From assembly GCA_002269645.1 (NCBI GenBank), contig NIVC01001688.1, positions 62,001 to 126,000 on the forward strand: 64,000 nucleotides of DNA, in the 5' to 3' direction. A model generated the notes under the pieces. It made no database searches. It was not told the DNA's origin and saw only the letters and a list, made by a program, of their open reading frames with translations. This DNA comes from Macrostomum lignano. Its lineage: Eukaryota. Shown here piece by piece: positions 63,201 to 64,000 of the stretch. Position 1 is the stretch's first letter; the number at the start of each line of letters is the position of its first letter. A program made the translations under genes and the position numbers.

Positions 63201-64000
63201 ACCAGTTCTCTCTGACCAGTTCTCTGTCTGACCAGTTCTCTCTGACCAGTTCTCTCTGACCAGTTCTCTCTGACCAGTTCTCCCAGTTCTCTCTGACCAG
63301 TTCTCTCTGACCAGTTCTCTCTGACCAGTTCTCTCTGACCAGTTCTCTCTGACCAGTTCTCCCAGTTCTCTCTGACCAGTTCTCTGTCTGACCAGTTCTC
63401 TCTGACCAGTTCTCTGTCTGACCAGTTCTCTCTGACCAGTTCGCTCTCTGACTCTCACTCTGCGACTCTCTCTCTCTCTCTGACTCTCACTCTGCGACTC
63501 TCTCTCTGACTCTCACTCTGCGACTCTCTCTCTGACTCTCACTCTGCGACTCTCTCTCTGACTCTCACTCTGCGACTCTCTCTCTGACTCTCACTCTGCG
63601 ACTCTCTCTCTGACTCTCACTATGCGACTCTCTCTCTGACTCTCACTCTGCGACTCTCTCTCTGACTCTCACTCTGCGACTCTCTCTCTGACTCTCACTC
63701 TGCGACTCTCTCTCTGACTCTCACTCTGCGACTCTCTCTCTGACTCTCACTCTGCGACTCTCTCTCTGACTCTCACTATGCGACTCTCTCTCTGACTCTC
63801 ACTCTGCGACTCTCTCTCTGACTCTCACTCTGCGACTCTATGCAACTCCTACTCTTGCGACTCACTCTGATTCTGAGCCTCTGACTCTCAGTCTCCAAAG
63901 TTCAAAACTCCAAGGCCATCATTCCCTCTCCCTGACCCTCTCTGTCCCAGAGCCGCAGTGCAGCAGGGCGCACCTCAACCGTAGTACCAATCGAAGAAGA
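60241..64000 (-). CDS. KIAA0930: KIAA0930 / DUF2045 homologue, 5'-partial (continues beyond window)
   Basis: complement(join(60241..60999,61376..61732,63974..>64000)); phase-0 GT-AG introns. Motifs TVE|VHRK, IDLEESVYLNLIMQQ..YTVTCAVCTR, VFASPSRH.MD, ITYPNIFF, CVELVA, GVLFLGSIRY, EFLRMRGPHGKGHAEVAV, LTYVSLPWHRIVADLL match KIAA0930-family sequence as I recall it. Confidence 0.85.
61080..61365. repeat. Two short arrays in a KIAA0930 intron (CTCCGCTCCTGTCTCT-type; 22-bp CCCCATACCTACTTCTCCCAGT)
   Basis: Direct inspection. Confidence 0.9.
61793..62323. repeat. 33-bp minisatellite with palindromic core TTCTCATGAGAA
   Basis: (CTGAGATCTGTTTCTCATGAGAATCTCACGGCA)n. Confidence 0.95.
62946..63440. repeat. 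14-bp minisatellite (TCTCTCTGACCAGT)n
   Basis: Direct inspection. Confidence 0.95.
63445..63838. repeat. 26-bp minisatellite (TGACTCTCACTCTGCGACTCTCTCTC)n
   Basis: About 15 copies, directly abutting the 14-bp array. Confidence 0.95.

Overview
This is eukaryotic (animal) genomic DNA, not prokaryotic: GC-rich spliced exons with canonical GT-AG introns sit in a dense mosaic of about 40 tandem arrays (units 4-46 bp) covering roughly 45% of the window by my hand estimate. This architecture resembles the flatworm Macrostomum, but the host assignment is inference only. Five protein genes can be built by hand with consistent splice phases: (1) a 4-exon NR2F/COUP-TF/seven-up nuclear receptor (minus, 8285-18275); (2) an intronless CUB-CUB-(LDLa-like)-TM protein (plus, 34874-36576) interrupted by an apparent 1-nt frameshift in its TM segment; (3) an intronless SLC26 anion-transporter-family gene (plus, 41292-43979) with Cys at two normally conserved anion-site positions; (4) a 10-exon SLC22 transporter (minus, 48862-53581); (5) the 3' part of a KIAA0930/DUF2045 homologue (minus, 60241 to beyond 64000). 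Most long ORFs in the track are translations of stop-free tandem repeats. The most interesting unexplained structures are the rewired SLC26 substrate site, an inverted same-register pair of 42-bp satellite arrays bracketing the SLC22 gene, a ~430-bp intronic foldback, donor-like sites at stop codons followed by arrays, and RGGTCA-bearing arrays around the NR2F gene. I found no tRNA, rRNA, CRISPR array or autonomous transposon, and I cannot claim a confirmed novel system. Repeat boundaries are approximate.
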